Below, piece by piece: positions 26,200 through 39,319 of a DNA stretch of 64,000 bases (its first letter is position 1; the number at the start of each line of letters is the position of its first letter). The stretch comes from Pelomyxa schiedti (Eukaryota; Protista; Evosea), in assembly GCA_020536535.1 (NCBI GenBank), contig JAHLWZ010000845.1, positions 16,137 through 80,136 of the forward strand, in the 5' to 3' direction. The position numbers and the translations under genes were made by a program. The notes beneath the pieces are model-generated. The model did not search any database. It saw only the letters and a list, made by a program, of their open reading frames with translations, and had not been told where the DNA came from.

Positions 26200-27768
26200 T
26201 CAGAAAACAACGGAAGGAAGCATTCTGGAAATGTCATCCAGTGTGCCATGCAGTGGGTGGATAAAAAGCCCAGAAAGTAATGCAAGAATAAAGACTGTAA
26301 ACACTCTGTTTTGTAGTGCCACTACTGACATTTGCAATTGAGCCGCCATGAATTGTAGCACAAAGAAAGCAATTGTTGTCCAACTCCAAATGTTGTATCC
26401 CACAAAAAGTACAACTGTTACTGAGGTTAGCAAAACTGCTGCACTGAAATCAAAAGAGCTGTACTTGAGTGACATAATCCCGAGACCAGAAATACCAAGA
26501 CATAACAGAGAGGAAGTGGCACTCGGGCTCTGTTCATGGGTGAGTGGAGTATCTTGTACTTGTGTTTTACCTTTTCAGGGGCAGCAAAATAACTCTACGA
26601 TAACCAATGTGAACTGGCATGTTCCACCTCGACCAAAATTGTAACAGAGTTTGGGAGTTTCTCAAGTTGTTGCAAAAAGGCTTTGAGTGGATATCAGGCT
26701 TTTTTTATAGCGTTAACAGCTTACCATTGGTTTTTTCCCCAAGAGTGAAATGATCACTGATTCCATTTCAAAACAGGAGCTTAAGAAAAATAAAAATGCT
26801 CCGGCTTTGACAGCCCACACCACCAGCTGAAGGAAAGCTGTGCATGACAAAATGCTGGGCACTCTTTCCGCTTCAAAAGATGATGCAATGCCAAAAAGCA
26901 CCATGAACATCAAGGCACAAAATAAAGCTGTAAGAAAGTGATGAATCACAGTAGAGAGCTCAATCCGACTGTCTAAATTGAGTTTATTGAAATATCACTT
27001 TATCTAATACATGCAGTGGCTTTGTGTTGTAACTACCTGCTCTTTGGGTCTCTTGGTTCCACAGCTGAGAGAATAAACATCAACGTGGATGTGTAAGTTG
27101 ATAAACTGTCAGGAGGAGCCGTTTGAAGTATTATTTCCAAAACCTATTGGCAAGTTATAACACCACCATGGTTTTGATACGAACCCTGAAAGAAGCTTGT
27201 GAGCCAATGACAATACAAACATATCTTGGCAATCCTGCCTCAACTGCCACATAAGGTACAACAAACAATGCCCTGCACGGTTTTAAAGTTATTTGTATGT
27301 TTTGCAAAAAAAAAGAAGGATGGATTCCATCCTCCAAAAAAACACACCAGTTTGAAATGAGTCCCACAATGAGCCACCACGGGAGCAATGCCTGAGTGCC
27401 TTTATCGCGCCTCTTCCACGCCCAGTAATTTGGGTAACTCACAATCAATTCGACCACCAGGGCACTCTTGCCACGAATCAGAAACACCCACAAGGAAGGG
27501 TGACTAAGAATAACCCACCAAGAGTCCTCTCAGGGCTCCCTGCAACAAATCCGTATCTACTGGCCGCAGCATCAACCGAATTGGAAAGGAAAAGTTCTTC
27601 GTTCGTGCACTTTTGATTTCTCATGAAGATTGAAGCTCGGGGTCGAGCCTCGAGGGCTGAAAAATGCCCAATACGAGATTGTGTGGGGTCTTCCTTTTTA
27701 TCCCCAAGTAACGCGTTCCATTCCAGTTCTTGGTAATCAAAACTGGCTGGGTGCGTGGAACTTTCCAT
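26200..27768 (-). CDS. Hypothetical multi-pass membrane protein
   Basis: Several hydrophobic exon ORFs (26200-26475, 26713-26949, 27155-27493); start MESSTHP. Confidence 0.6.
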
Positions 27769-27801
27769 TTCAGTTAGAAAATTAGCGACGCTAACTAAGT
27801 G

Positions 27802-30800
27802 ATGTCGTCTCTCAGCAGGAAGCGGAAACCGGCCGCGGCACCAGGGGCTGAGGGTGGCAGCAAATCTGCGATTGTGGGATCCGAGTTTTCGGAGCGTGAC
27901 AAGGAAATGCCTTGGAATCAAGAGGTGCGTTTTTTGTATCCAGTGAAGTACGAATTTGTCACACTATATATGTGTTGAATAATTGCACCCTGTTTTTTGT
28001 ATTTTTTATTTGACCCTCAAAACAACAACAGGCTGTGGATGAAAAAGGCAGGAGGATTTTTCATGGTGCATTCAAGGGTGGGTGGGTTGCAGGTTGGAAT
28101 AACAGTGTGGCCACACCTGAAGGCTGGATGCCATCACAGTTCAGGTCGACCAGAGCAAACAGGGCTGATAGCTCAACTGTGGCATCAAACCCACTTGATT
28201 TCATGTGTGTGCGTGTGCCAATGCGCTGTGGAATCCTCCTCTGCTGAGTGCTGACCCTTGAATTAGGGATGAGGAAGACAAGAGGGAGATGGTGGAAGGC
28301 AGTTTGACAACTGCCGAAGGATTTGGGGCCACACCAGGAGATGCCGCAAGTGATGCACAAATCAAGGGAACTTCAAAACGCGACGGGCCAGTTGATATCA
28401 TCACTGGGGGAGCCTCACTATTGCAAAGGTACATTTTTCCCCATTCTTTGAGTCATGTTTAACTTGTTCAGTTTGTTGGGACCAGCTCCAACACCTCAAG
28501 AGACTGTTGGGACTTCCTCGGAGGGCATTGGTAAATACAGCATTGAACGCACTTTGGTTTTCAATCAGCTGATCGATAGTTTTCAGGAATCAAATTGTTG
28601 AAGAAAATGGGGTGGAGGGAAGGCCGAGGTGTTGGAGCCCGAATAACAAAGAAAAAGAAAGAACCCACAACCGAAAAGACAACAGAGCAGCCCGAATCAA
28701 CCCCCTCGATGACAGTGCCACCGCAGCCTTCCCCACAAACAGGAGGACGCAGGCGAGTCATGGGACCTGATGTATGTTTGAATTCTTTTTTCCCTTCTGC
28801 ATGTTGACTGGAGGATTTCTAGATTCCGCCTGAAATCCAATCTGCACTGGATGAAGAGCGAGCAAAAGAGGCAGCAGCTCAAAAACTTGCCAACACTGAC
28901 AAACCAGATGAGGAAGCAAGTGAAGATGAGGCAATGGGTGATGGAGTGAATGCCCACGTGTATGGGAAATTATTGGCTGAACGAAACACCCCTGTATACA
29001 ATCATCACCTTTGCGTCTCTGATACAGCAAGTACAGATCATAGAACTGGCACAGAAAAACAACTTCTATGGCATTGGATTTGACCCTTGCACTGCCAGTG
29101 CTGAATTCAAAGGTACTGTCAGTTTGTGCAATTGCAGTGAAAAATCTTTACATTCCAAAAAGAGATGCAGCAGTTGCGTCTTCAGGCTGAAACTGCATCT
29201 GGGACAAGGTTGAGCATGTCCAGTGTGATGGGTACGTTGAATAACAACTTTGTTGCACTTTATTGTAATTTATGCATCCTTTTTCTTTCCCTCTCTTTGG
29301 TAGGCTCGACTTCCAGTACCAACTTTGGTCTGAGTGCCTTGGAGGAACCTGATGACATCGATGTTTTTGCCAACGAAAACTGTGTGCCACCAATAATTTC
29401 TGTGGATCGAACGTAATCCAATGAATCAGTGTCCAATTATGATATTGAGTTGACAGAAAAGCCGAAGTCCCATCACCATCACCATCACCACCGAAACACG
29501 CCAACTCCAGCAGCACCACCTCCCAAGATACAGCGCATCGTGCGTAAAATACGTCTCCATCTTTGTGTGACTCACTTGTCCTGTCCAGGACACAGGGTTG
29601 TGCAAAGTAAAGGGCTTTGTAATTGCTTACCGTTCTTCCACGAGACCAAAACAGTTAATTGTTTCCTTGAATATTTGCCCTTTTCTCTAACTCTGGGGCT
29701 TCAGTTTTCCCCCACCAACTGTTCCAAAAGATTTTCAACCTTTCCATGTTTTTCCCAACGACCCAAGTTGCACCACAGGCAAGAAAGACATCATTTCGCC
29801 AATTTCTTATTTCCCTAAAAGCAGCTGAAAATGAAAAATTTAAGATGGTGACTCCTCAGGAGAGAGCAAATCTTCTGGGGGAAAGAATGCTACCGGCTTC
29901 TGCAGGTTTATGTTTCCCCCCAAAAAAGGGTTCACCCAACTTTCTCCCGAATTTAGGCTCTGTTTTTCAGTATCTGTCTGGAGAAGATAGACAGAGATTG
30001 GCAAACATGACAGGGAAAACCATTCCTGGTTCGTTCCACAGTTCTATCGACCATTCATACTATTAGTCATTCCTTATGTTCCTCTCAACAGGACCGTTCG
30101 AGGTGGTCAAGCCTCAAACTGACACTCCTGCCTCACCACCATCCACAGCCCCCACTTCTGCCCTTCCCCCAACCACCACACAAATCCACACACAATCTAA
30201 ACCTTCAGCAGCAACAGCAATAGTTCTACCATCGTACATCCTCAATGCACCTATAAAGCAACTTTACCTGGCAGACACAGCCAAGCAGTCTAGATATGAA
30301 CACTTCATACGCCAACAAAAAGGAGAGCTAAATCCTAACATTCTGCCAAAGGTTGTTATTATGCATTGTTTTTCCTTTCCTCCCCCACTCACCCATTTCA
30401 CAGGGAATATCGGAGTGGGAATGGGAGCAAGAAAAGCAACATTTTGTGAGAGATTCTATTGTCTTCAAACCTGTCATGGGTGTCATGGCAGATCGTTTTG
30501 TGACTTCTGACGATCTGTTCATAAAGCCCACAAGTGTAAAAACAGTTGCCATAGACGCACCCATACCTGTCAGTTTAAAGGTGCGTGAAGCACAGCCTTC
30601 CTTTTTTCCCCACATTTAACAGTGAGTATAGTCAAACGTTGAACTTCAACAAGAAGATGCTGCCAGGATGAAAATGTTTGGTCGCCTGACCCGAACAGAG
30701 GTATTACACCTCCATGAGTTCCACCTCCTTAGACTCTTATAAAACAACAGGATGAATGGACACCAGAAAGTCTGTTGTGTAAGAGATTAAATGTCCCAAA

Positions 30801-31657
30801 TCCGAAACCTGGTTCCAAGGTTTGAGATAACACCCATAAACGAAAATCTAATTGTTTTTCAGTCAGGGAACAAGTATCAAAAACAAAAGGGGAAACTCGA
30901 TGAAGCTGCAGGCTTTGATTTCGCATCTGCTCCCACACAGCAGCATGTGGACAATCGCGCTTCTGTAGAATTATTGAAACCAGAAAAACCACCTTTGCCC
31001 ACAGGTTGGATTCCAATGGAATACTCTTTTTGTTTACAACTTTTCCTTTTAGAGGAGGAATTACTGGCTAGTGTTGCAGCTCCAATAGAAGACATCGCAA
31101 TAGATCCGGAGCCAGAGTCTGACAACCGGCCCGCGTTCGACTTGTTCAAAGAAATCTTCGAAAATACAGAAGACCAAGCGGCGGCGGCCGAAGCCGATGA
31201 AAAGGAGCAGCAAAAAGCCTTGGAACAGCAGGAGGAGCAGAAACGCAAGCAAGAGGAGGAGCGAACCAAGCAGGAGCAGCAAGCTCAACAAGCCCTCCAA
31301 CACCAACAGCAACAGCTGCAGCAACACCTTGGACTGCCAGCAAGCAATTCCTTATCCGGAAGTGTAATCACAGTTGCCACCTCCGGCATTGTGTTGGGCC
31401 AGGCACCCGCCTCCAGCAACATTGAAGGCCCGGCACCTCCCCCTGTTACTTTCGAAGGTCCCTTGCCTCCTGAACCAACATCAACAAACAAACCCACAAA
31501 CTCTGATTCTGAAGGAGAGGGCAAGGATAAGCACAAGAAGCACAAGCACAGCAAGAAGGACAAGGACAAACACAAACACTCAAAGAGCAAGCACCAAGAG
31601 CATGACAAAAAAGACAAGCACAAAAAAGATAAGCACAAGCACAAGCACAAACACTGA
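27802..31657 (+). CDS. GPATCH1: G-patch domain-containing protein 1 (TOUGH/GPATCH1)
   Basis: DEKGRRIFHGAFKGGWVAGWNNSVATPEGWMPSQF (DUF1604), G-patch IKLLKKMGWREGRGVG, MFGRLTRTE/DEWTPESLLCKRLNVPNP, Lys/His-rich tail. Confidence 0.9.
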
Positions 31658-31872
31658 CACTAGCAAAAACAATCAAACTGGTGTTACCTTCTGTGGGATA
31701 AGAGAATGACGAGTTATTGCAGTACACGAAACAATTTTCGTGTCAAGAATTCCGGTCACATTCCATTGATCACATTCCGTGAAAAAAGTTTTGCGGCAAG
31801 CAAACACCAACAACACTGTTTTGTTTTAAATTTTTAATAAATACTAAAACAAGTGAATAAGAACAAGCAACA

Positions 31873-33283
31873 ATGGATGCAGCATTGGGTCAGGTTAGGT
31901 TGAAAAAAACTACAACAGCAGCCAAGCCTGCAGCTGTGGCTATTGTCAACAATTCAGCCACACAGGACAGGGCTGCTGCATTCATTAGCAAGAAGTTCAG
32001 GGAATGTGACCTCGATACTTGGTGAGTTCTCACCGCCTTCTCTTTGGTTTCACTACGTTAGTGACAAATGGCAAATTTGCTAATTTTATGAAAACTACTG
32101 CGTTTGGGGAGTGTCCCTTTCGTACTTACGCGTTTTGTTCGTATTGCTAGGTATGAGGTTTTGAGGGAACATACCTATGAAACAATCTTTGTGGAACTCA
32201 CAAAGCAAGATGCTGCTGCCATGGTGTCTGTTCATGAAGGGAAGGCCGTTGGTGCCGCGCAGGCAAAAGCTACAGTAGATAGTATCCGCGAAAAACTGCA
32301 TGCTGCAATGAGTTCTATGGGTGGAACGGCTTTTGTTAAACTCTCATCGAGGTAAATACACTTCATTTACAGTGTTGGGCAACTTATTAGTAATTGCATA
32401 GGTCGGCAAAGGACAGTCCTATTGCTGCCGCAAAGACTAAAAGAGTGTTTGAAGAATTTATTGCAGGAATTACAGACCCAAAGCCAAGCCTCAACACTTT
32501 AATGCAAGTATGTATCATAAGTACCAATTGATGAAACTCACATGTGGCAGGGTTTGACAATAGCGTATATCCAGGGCATGAAAATGGAAAGTGCCACTGA
32601 AGCAATGGATGTTCTACTCAGCAGTGACAGAGTTTACCAGGATTTATTAATGGCACTCGAGCGACCTGCCTCTGAATGGAGACAAAGTATATTGGTCAGA
32701 AAATGGGTTTCATTGCCTCTCGCCCACGAGTTCAGGGGGTTCATTTTTAACAACAAGTACCTATCCCTGTGCTATTCTCCAAATAATATGTCCAAAAGGC
32801 TCACGGCTCTGAGTCAGTATTATTGTTTCTGTACTTGGCCGGAACTTATATCTGTGCAAGACAGAGTTGTGCCTTTGATTCAGGCTTTTTTTGAAACAGT
32901 GAAGGACATAGTACCGGTTTCCGATCACACGTAACGCGCCTCGGTGGTATTCAATGGTTCTAATACTAGTATTCAGATACATTATGGATTTTGTTCTTGA
33001 CATGGCTCACAATCGTGTATACATAGTGGAGTTAAACCCATTTGGTATGAACTGTGTTTTTCTCACATAAAGAAGCGCAATCCAACAAAACACTGCAGGA
33101 GACTATGAAGGAATGGGTGCAGATACTGCTCTGTTCAGTCTTACCAAAGATAAGGCAATTCTCTTTGGACAAGACCCAGCTTTGCCCATACAACTCAGAG
33201 TAGCCACGGAAATTGACTCCAAAGCCATTCTGGACTCAATGAGTATCCACCTGCGGGAAATCTTTGCGGCCCAAGGGTACTAG
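31873..33283 (+). CDS. CDC123/D123 (R2K clade)-like ATP-grasp protein with N-terminal WH2-like motif
   Basis: AFVKLSSR/SAKD, LLSSDRVYQDL, ILVRKWV, HEFRGFIFNNK/LTALSQY, YIMDFV, YIVELNPFG, ALFS. Confidence 0.85.
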
Positions 33284-33825
33284 TATCTCGTGGGACTCCA
33301 GGTGCAACTTGAATTAACATTGTGAACATTTAATATTAATAGTATCTTCCTTGAATTCAAAAATTGTGCCTTCTCAGTTATGATCGGATAAATCCAACAC
33401 CTTTTTTCATGCGCTCCCCAAAACAAAAAAGTCATGCGACAAATTGCCTGTTTGACCGTTGAGGTGTTACCCAACCGTTAAGGTACCGGTTGGTGTAATG
33501 AATCTTGTTGCTTGTTTGGTGAACCAGTACAAGTCCGGAATCCTTTTTCTGAGCCAAAGGCCCGAACCTTCCTGCATCTCACTTGATGTTTCTTGCCTGC
33601 GTGGTCCGAAGACCGTAACAGGGATCAGCAAAATCTATCAAACAGAATTCTTGCAGATTCACAAAATGCAAAAACAGAACACAACAACAGCTTCTTTTTT
33701 TTCTCCTTCAAGCATCTTTTTGATCTTAAAACAAAAACGAGAAACACAAGAAAACAGAACCAGAAAAAACACATCAGCAGCGTTCACACGTGGTGGATAC
33801 GCACGCAACCGCCGGCGCACCCATA

Positions 33826-35288
33826 ATGTCATTCTCTCCGCTCGTTGGTCCGTCGTCCAACGACGCCAACTCGGCCCGGGCGGGATTCACCCTCACCCAC
33901 AGGGACAACCCCACCAACGCCACTCCCACAATCGACACCAACCACTTCACCTACGGTGCCGTCATCGACTACGGCGAGGACGACGACGACAACAACGATA
34001 ACAACACAACACTCACCAACAGATTAAACATCAAGGACAGAAATATCTGCAACAACAGCAGCAGCAGCATCACCCGCGACAACAATGACAACACCAACAA
34101 CAACAACAACAATGACAACGATCTAGGGCGCTCTCCCTCGTCGCTTGCGTCGATGCCAGCGGGATCGCAGATAGTGGTGGTGCCGTCGTCGTACTTCCCG
34201 CCGCTGAGGCCCGAGCCGGACCAGATACTGGATCGGCTGTACCTGGGCGGGCAGAGCGACGCGTACAACCCGGCCACGATCGCGAGGCTGGGCGTCACGC
34301 ACGTGCTGACCGTGGCCATCGTCGAGGACTTTTACAAGTACCGGTCATGCTTCCCCCCTACGATACAATGCATGGTCGTATCGTATGCGAATGTGTGTTC
34401 CGATGTCCGCGTGTGTCTGTCTTCAGTCTGTTTCTGTTTCTGTTTCTGTTTCTGTTTCTGTTTCTGTTTCTGTTTCTGTTTCTGTTTCTACTTGTCTTGC
34501 TTGTATGTGTGTTCCTATTTTTTTTTTTTAGCTTGTACTTTTGTTGCTTGTTGCTTGTTTTGTTTGGAGAATGCATTGGAAGTGTTTTCATTCACACATA
34601 CTTATGTGTCAGATAATACTATCTAGTAATAGCCACCTGAATAATACCGCGCAGAGTTTTTGACCAAGACAATGAAAACATTGTTCAGTACTTCCCTCGC
34701 ACTAATGCGTTCATTGATCACGGCCGTGCAAATGGAGTGGTGCTGGTGCACTGTGTGTGGGGCATCTCACGCAGTGCTGCCTTTGTAATCGCATATGTAA
34801 TGCACCATAGACGCATTGACTTCCACAGTGCTTTGGAATTTGTACGGCAAGCAAGACCCATTGTGCGACCCAATTTGGGTTTCAGAAAACAACTTGCTGA
34901 GTACGGCAAAGACATAGTCTTAGCTCAATTTTCTATTAGATATGTAACCAGGTATACATTGTCCCACTCTCAATTTCAACAAAAAATAAAGTAACACAAC
35001 CAAACAAAACAAACATGAATAAACTCAACTCAATTACCCAGCTTTGGGCAAGAGCTCTACATTGTAGGCAGTATTCCAATACTTGGAATGTGGCACCCAA
35101 CACCTGACAACAAAATGAAGTGGGGTGAAGGCAATGTATGGAGCATATCACTACCTGTATTAAACCAGAAATTCGAGTATAAATACGTCATGGTGGATGT
35201 GGATGGGCATTTGATTTGGGAATCAAGCCCCAACCGCCTGTTTGATGGGAGCAAACGATTCATAAGAGATTATTGGAATTGTTGGTGA
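33826..35288 (+). CDS. Dual-specificity phosphatase with C-terminal CBM20 carbohydrate-binding module
   Basis: PDQILDRLYLGG, GVTHVLTVA, VLVHCVWGISRSAAFVIAYVM and VRPNLGFRKQL; last exon FGQELYIVGSIPILGMW...KMKWGEGNVWS...FEYKYV...IWESSPNR. Confidence 0.88.
34427..34488. repeat. (TCTGTT)n hexanucleotide microsatellite, ~10 units, in intron 1 of the DUSP gene
   Basis: Seen directly. Confidence 0.95.
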
Positions 35289-35543
35289 AGCCTCTCCTGT
35301 ATGTAACCAAAAAATAATCATCTTTTTTTCCTTGTTGTTGGTTTGCTTTTTATTTAGAACCCTAGAGATACGCTAACGTGCTAACGTTGCTTTGGCGGTA
35401 GTTCCCTGCCCTCATGTCACCATCATCACACTTCGCGTATTGTACGCACTTTTTCGATTTTAGAATAAAAAAAACCCGTTACCTTTTAGCCGACATAGAT
35501 CTTGCGTTTGATTGTGATGGGTGGATGGTGTTCGACACCGGCC

Positions 35544-37725
35544 ATGGCGGACCAGCCCACGGCATCCTCCAGTTCTGTTGTCGGGAAGCCGTTGTTGCAG
35601 CCTGACGGTGGTGAGACCGCCCACAAGGGCGAGCAGAAGGCCAAAGACGCGGAACTTGCTGAGCTCAGGGCGTCACTCTCGCACAGCGAGGTGAGGGTGG
35701 AGCAGTTGCGAGCGGAGGCGGAGACGGCCGGCGAGCGCATCGCCTCGTTGGGGCGAGAGCGCGACGCGGCGTTGGCGGAGCTGGGGCAGGCTCGTTCGGC
35801 GTTGGGTGCGATGGAGCGAGAGCGGGATGCTGCTATCAGCGACCTCAAGAAGCCCTGCAACGGTTGTTCTTTGTACATTCAGCAGCGCGATAGAGCCATA
35901 CAAGGCCAATCTGAGAGTGAAGCTCGATTGCAGCGTACAAATGAAGATTTGGCCGCAGCACTCAAAAAACTTGAGGAACTTCAGGCACAACACACACTAC
36001 TGCAACTGCAAATCCAGCAACAAGCGCCAGCACCACAGTTGTCACCGAAATCAACACACTCCACAAATTCACACGAAACTACAATTCCATCTTTGGAGAT
36101 AGATGCAAGCCTATTGAATGGACTTGTTCTTCCCACCTTTACACAAGGTTTCACTCTCGTGAAAGTTTTTCCAATGTTAAGCTTTTATGTAGAAGCAACC
36201 ACTGAAACAGGGTCCTTGAACCTTCCAGAAATATCCACACTCGACCTTCCTGACTTGGGCAAACTAGCTGAATCTCTTGTACGCACTTCTTCCGGTCAGT
36301 CTGTGTACAACTCATATAAGTGATAGGATTTCCATCTACCCACAAATACTGCATCAAATGATTCCTCAGTGGTGCAATTCACAGTACCCTCAACCGAGGT
36401 TTTTTTTTTTGGCTGATAACTTTTTTTTAATTGTATTGAAGACGAACTCCACTCTTATGCATGGCATACATTGTTCTGAAAACATAAACTTAGCAGGACT
36501 TAAACGTCAAAAGAAAAAGCCAACCTACCCATCTGGTAAACTAGAAATGGAGGTATTAATTTTATTTTCTTGAGACTGGTAAATCAAGCTTTCTAGGACA
36601 TGAATTTTTATGAATTTCCTTGGCAAGGCAACCCTGACCTTGCATTTATTGGCGTCTTTGATGGCTTTGCAGGTAATTTGTACTTGACTGAAATCTGTCT
36701 CATTACTATCTTGTATAGGAACTGGTGCTTCCAAGGCAGCAAAGGCCAAGCTTGCACCAGTTTGTATATAGATCAACAAATTGAATAAACATGACCAACT
36801 CACATAGCATCTGTACACAATGATAACCAGTGGACCACCAAAAAGTGATTATAGTGAGACCCTCACCCAGTGTTTCCTTGAAGTAGACCACCAGTTTTTA
36901 TTACTCTTAACAATGGCAGGTTGATCAACAACTCTCTGAAATGGAATACGAGGGCTGCACCTGCACAGTTGTAATCATATGGCGTCATGAGGGTAACCGG
37001 TATTTACAAGCAGGTTTTTTCGCTTCCTTTATATTTGACGGAATCCAACATCTGTTCAGCCAATATCGGTGACTCCTCTGCCTACCTCTGGTATTTTCTT
37101 TGTATTAATATTCCTCATTACCAACCTGAGTTTACATCAAAGTCAAGCGGGCATTTCTGTGCCTTTAACATTTGACCATAAAGGTAAAACACTTCCCCAT
37201 TTTACACTCTAAATCCATTCAGTCAGTACACCAGAAGAAAATGAGAGACTTGCAAAAACGGCGAAGGATTTTGAACCACATCAAACACGAATTTTCGGTT
37301 GTGTTGCAGGTATTAAAAACACGGAAATACGGTTATATATGGAGTAAGAACTTTTCTTAGTTGCCCGCGCACTGGGTACACATTTCATGAAACGGGAAGG
37401 CTTAGGCATTGTATGTTCACCCTCAATTATTGGACATTTCTTACCGTGGCACGTCAGATTGCCGAGCCATATCTGAGTCCTCCTATTTGCTTAAATCCAG
37501 ACCATCAGTTTGTCATAGTGGCAAGTGACGGGGTATGCCGTCCGATTTCTTCTTCTTCTTCCCTTCTCATCACCTAAGTTGTGGGATGTAATGACTGGGC
37601 AAGATGTATGTGATTTGCTACAAGGCATGTCCGACCCCAAGGAAATGGCGTCCACGGTCATATCAACAGCGCTGAGAAACCCCAAATGCACTGACAACAT
37701 CACTGTAGCCGTTGGTGCCCTGTAA
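35544..37725 (+). CDS. Protein phosphatase 2C (PPM family) with N-terminal coiled coil
   Basis: EMED, FIGVFDGFAG, GCTCTVV, ANIGDSSAYL, VASDG/LWDVM, TDNITVAV. Confidence 0.9.
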
Positions 37726-37935
37726 CAAAACAAAATCCCACACAAAAAAACCCCTGTTTGTGAGTCACCTCTGCTGCTTTAGGGGAGCTCTTCTTATCTC
37801 TTCCGCGTATGCCATCAACAGGGTCTTTATTTAGACACCCGGATACCAGATCAGTTTCTTTCCCTCGTTCGTACACAACATACAAGGACACCACCCCGGC
37901 TGCGTGCGTGTCGTGTTGCAATTAGAACAACAAAG

Positions 37936-39200
37936 ATGGTGGAGATCTTGGCATGGAACTGGACCGCGTTCGCTACTTGTTACGTGTTTGTGTGGTTGAT
38001 GGTACGTTTCGGTGTACCCACTGTTAATTGCAGTGCTTTTATTATTGGGATGTTTTAATGTTGAGCTCAAAGGTGTTTGTTTTTTTTTTTTTCCTATGTA
38101 GGAGTTGCTGGATAACACACAATTGATTCAAGTGTACTATAGCAGTAAGTATGGCAGGCAGTGGGTATTGGCTCTGGCATCTTGGACTGCTTTTCTGTGC
38201 ACTGGGTTGATTGGAGCTTCTTTTTCAGGGCTTCGGTCGTTTTCGGTATTTTCCTCAGCTTGCTGTTTTGTTTGGCTATTATTTGGACTGAGGCATAATA
38301 AGGATAGCATCAGCAAAGTTTTTGAGTTGGTGTTCTCGTTGATTTTGTTTACACTGGGTATTATCACCCTCAGTCACTCAGAGGTGATTGTTGCTGTGTG
38401 GGAAAAAATAACAGGATTCATTCAGCACAAGGTATTTCGTCTTTGTGTTTCCCCTATTGTTTCTTCAACTTACGTAGTTTAGTTTGCTGAACCTTTCCTT
38501 TACTCAATGGGTGAAACTGACACCTCCCACACCCAACTTGAAGAGACCAATGATGTAGAAATGGAGAGCCCAGAAGCTGCAGAAAAAGAAAAAGAAAAAG
38601 GAAAGGAAAAAGATTCGGAACAAGGTGACATTGAAGAGCAGGCTGACAAAGACAAAGAAAAAGAAACAGTAAAAGAGAACACAAAACCTGACATGGCAGA
38701 GAGGCGAATGCACATCCCAATATGGAAACTTTTTATTCTGGTATTTGTCACAGTCTTTCTACTGGAACTTCCTGATAAGACCATGCTTATGATTGCCTCC
38801 TTAGGTGCGTTTCTTTCGCAATTTGTTGGCTATTAATTAGACAAAACAGCACAATCATCTGATTATCCCACAAGTATATTTGTGGGTTATTCAGCTGCCA
38901 TGGTAACGCAGTCAGTCATTGCGCTAATTATTGGCAAAGGCATATCCAAGGGAGCAAATAGATTTGGGAAATACATTGAAGTAATGGTGGGCCTCATACT
39001 ATTTATCACAGGGACAACCAAGCTAAGTCTGATGATTTTCGTTGGCGAATACAGGTTCATAACCCTCTCTCCACACGTGGTCACTCATGCCACACAGCCT
39101 TGATGACATATTCGGTCATGATAGCTCCAGCTCTGCCTTCAACATGTCACTCTCTATTGCCGCCTCTGCTCTCACCCAGTCCTTCTCCTCACACTCCTAA
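37936..39200 (+). CDS. UPF0016/GDT1/TMEM165-family Ca2+/Mn2+ transporter
   Basis: Two repeats with ELLDNTQL and ELPDKTML (E-x-G-D-K-T-like), each followed by transmembrane helices and separated by an acidic/Lys-rich loop. Confidence 0.75.
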
Positions 39201-39319
39201 GCTACCACAAACACCACACCTATCTAACAATAAATTCCCGCCGGTAATAGTATTTTCCTTATCCCACTTGCCTGTTTACAAACCTTTCTTTTCTTTTAAC
39301 CTAAGTCCACGCACCCACG

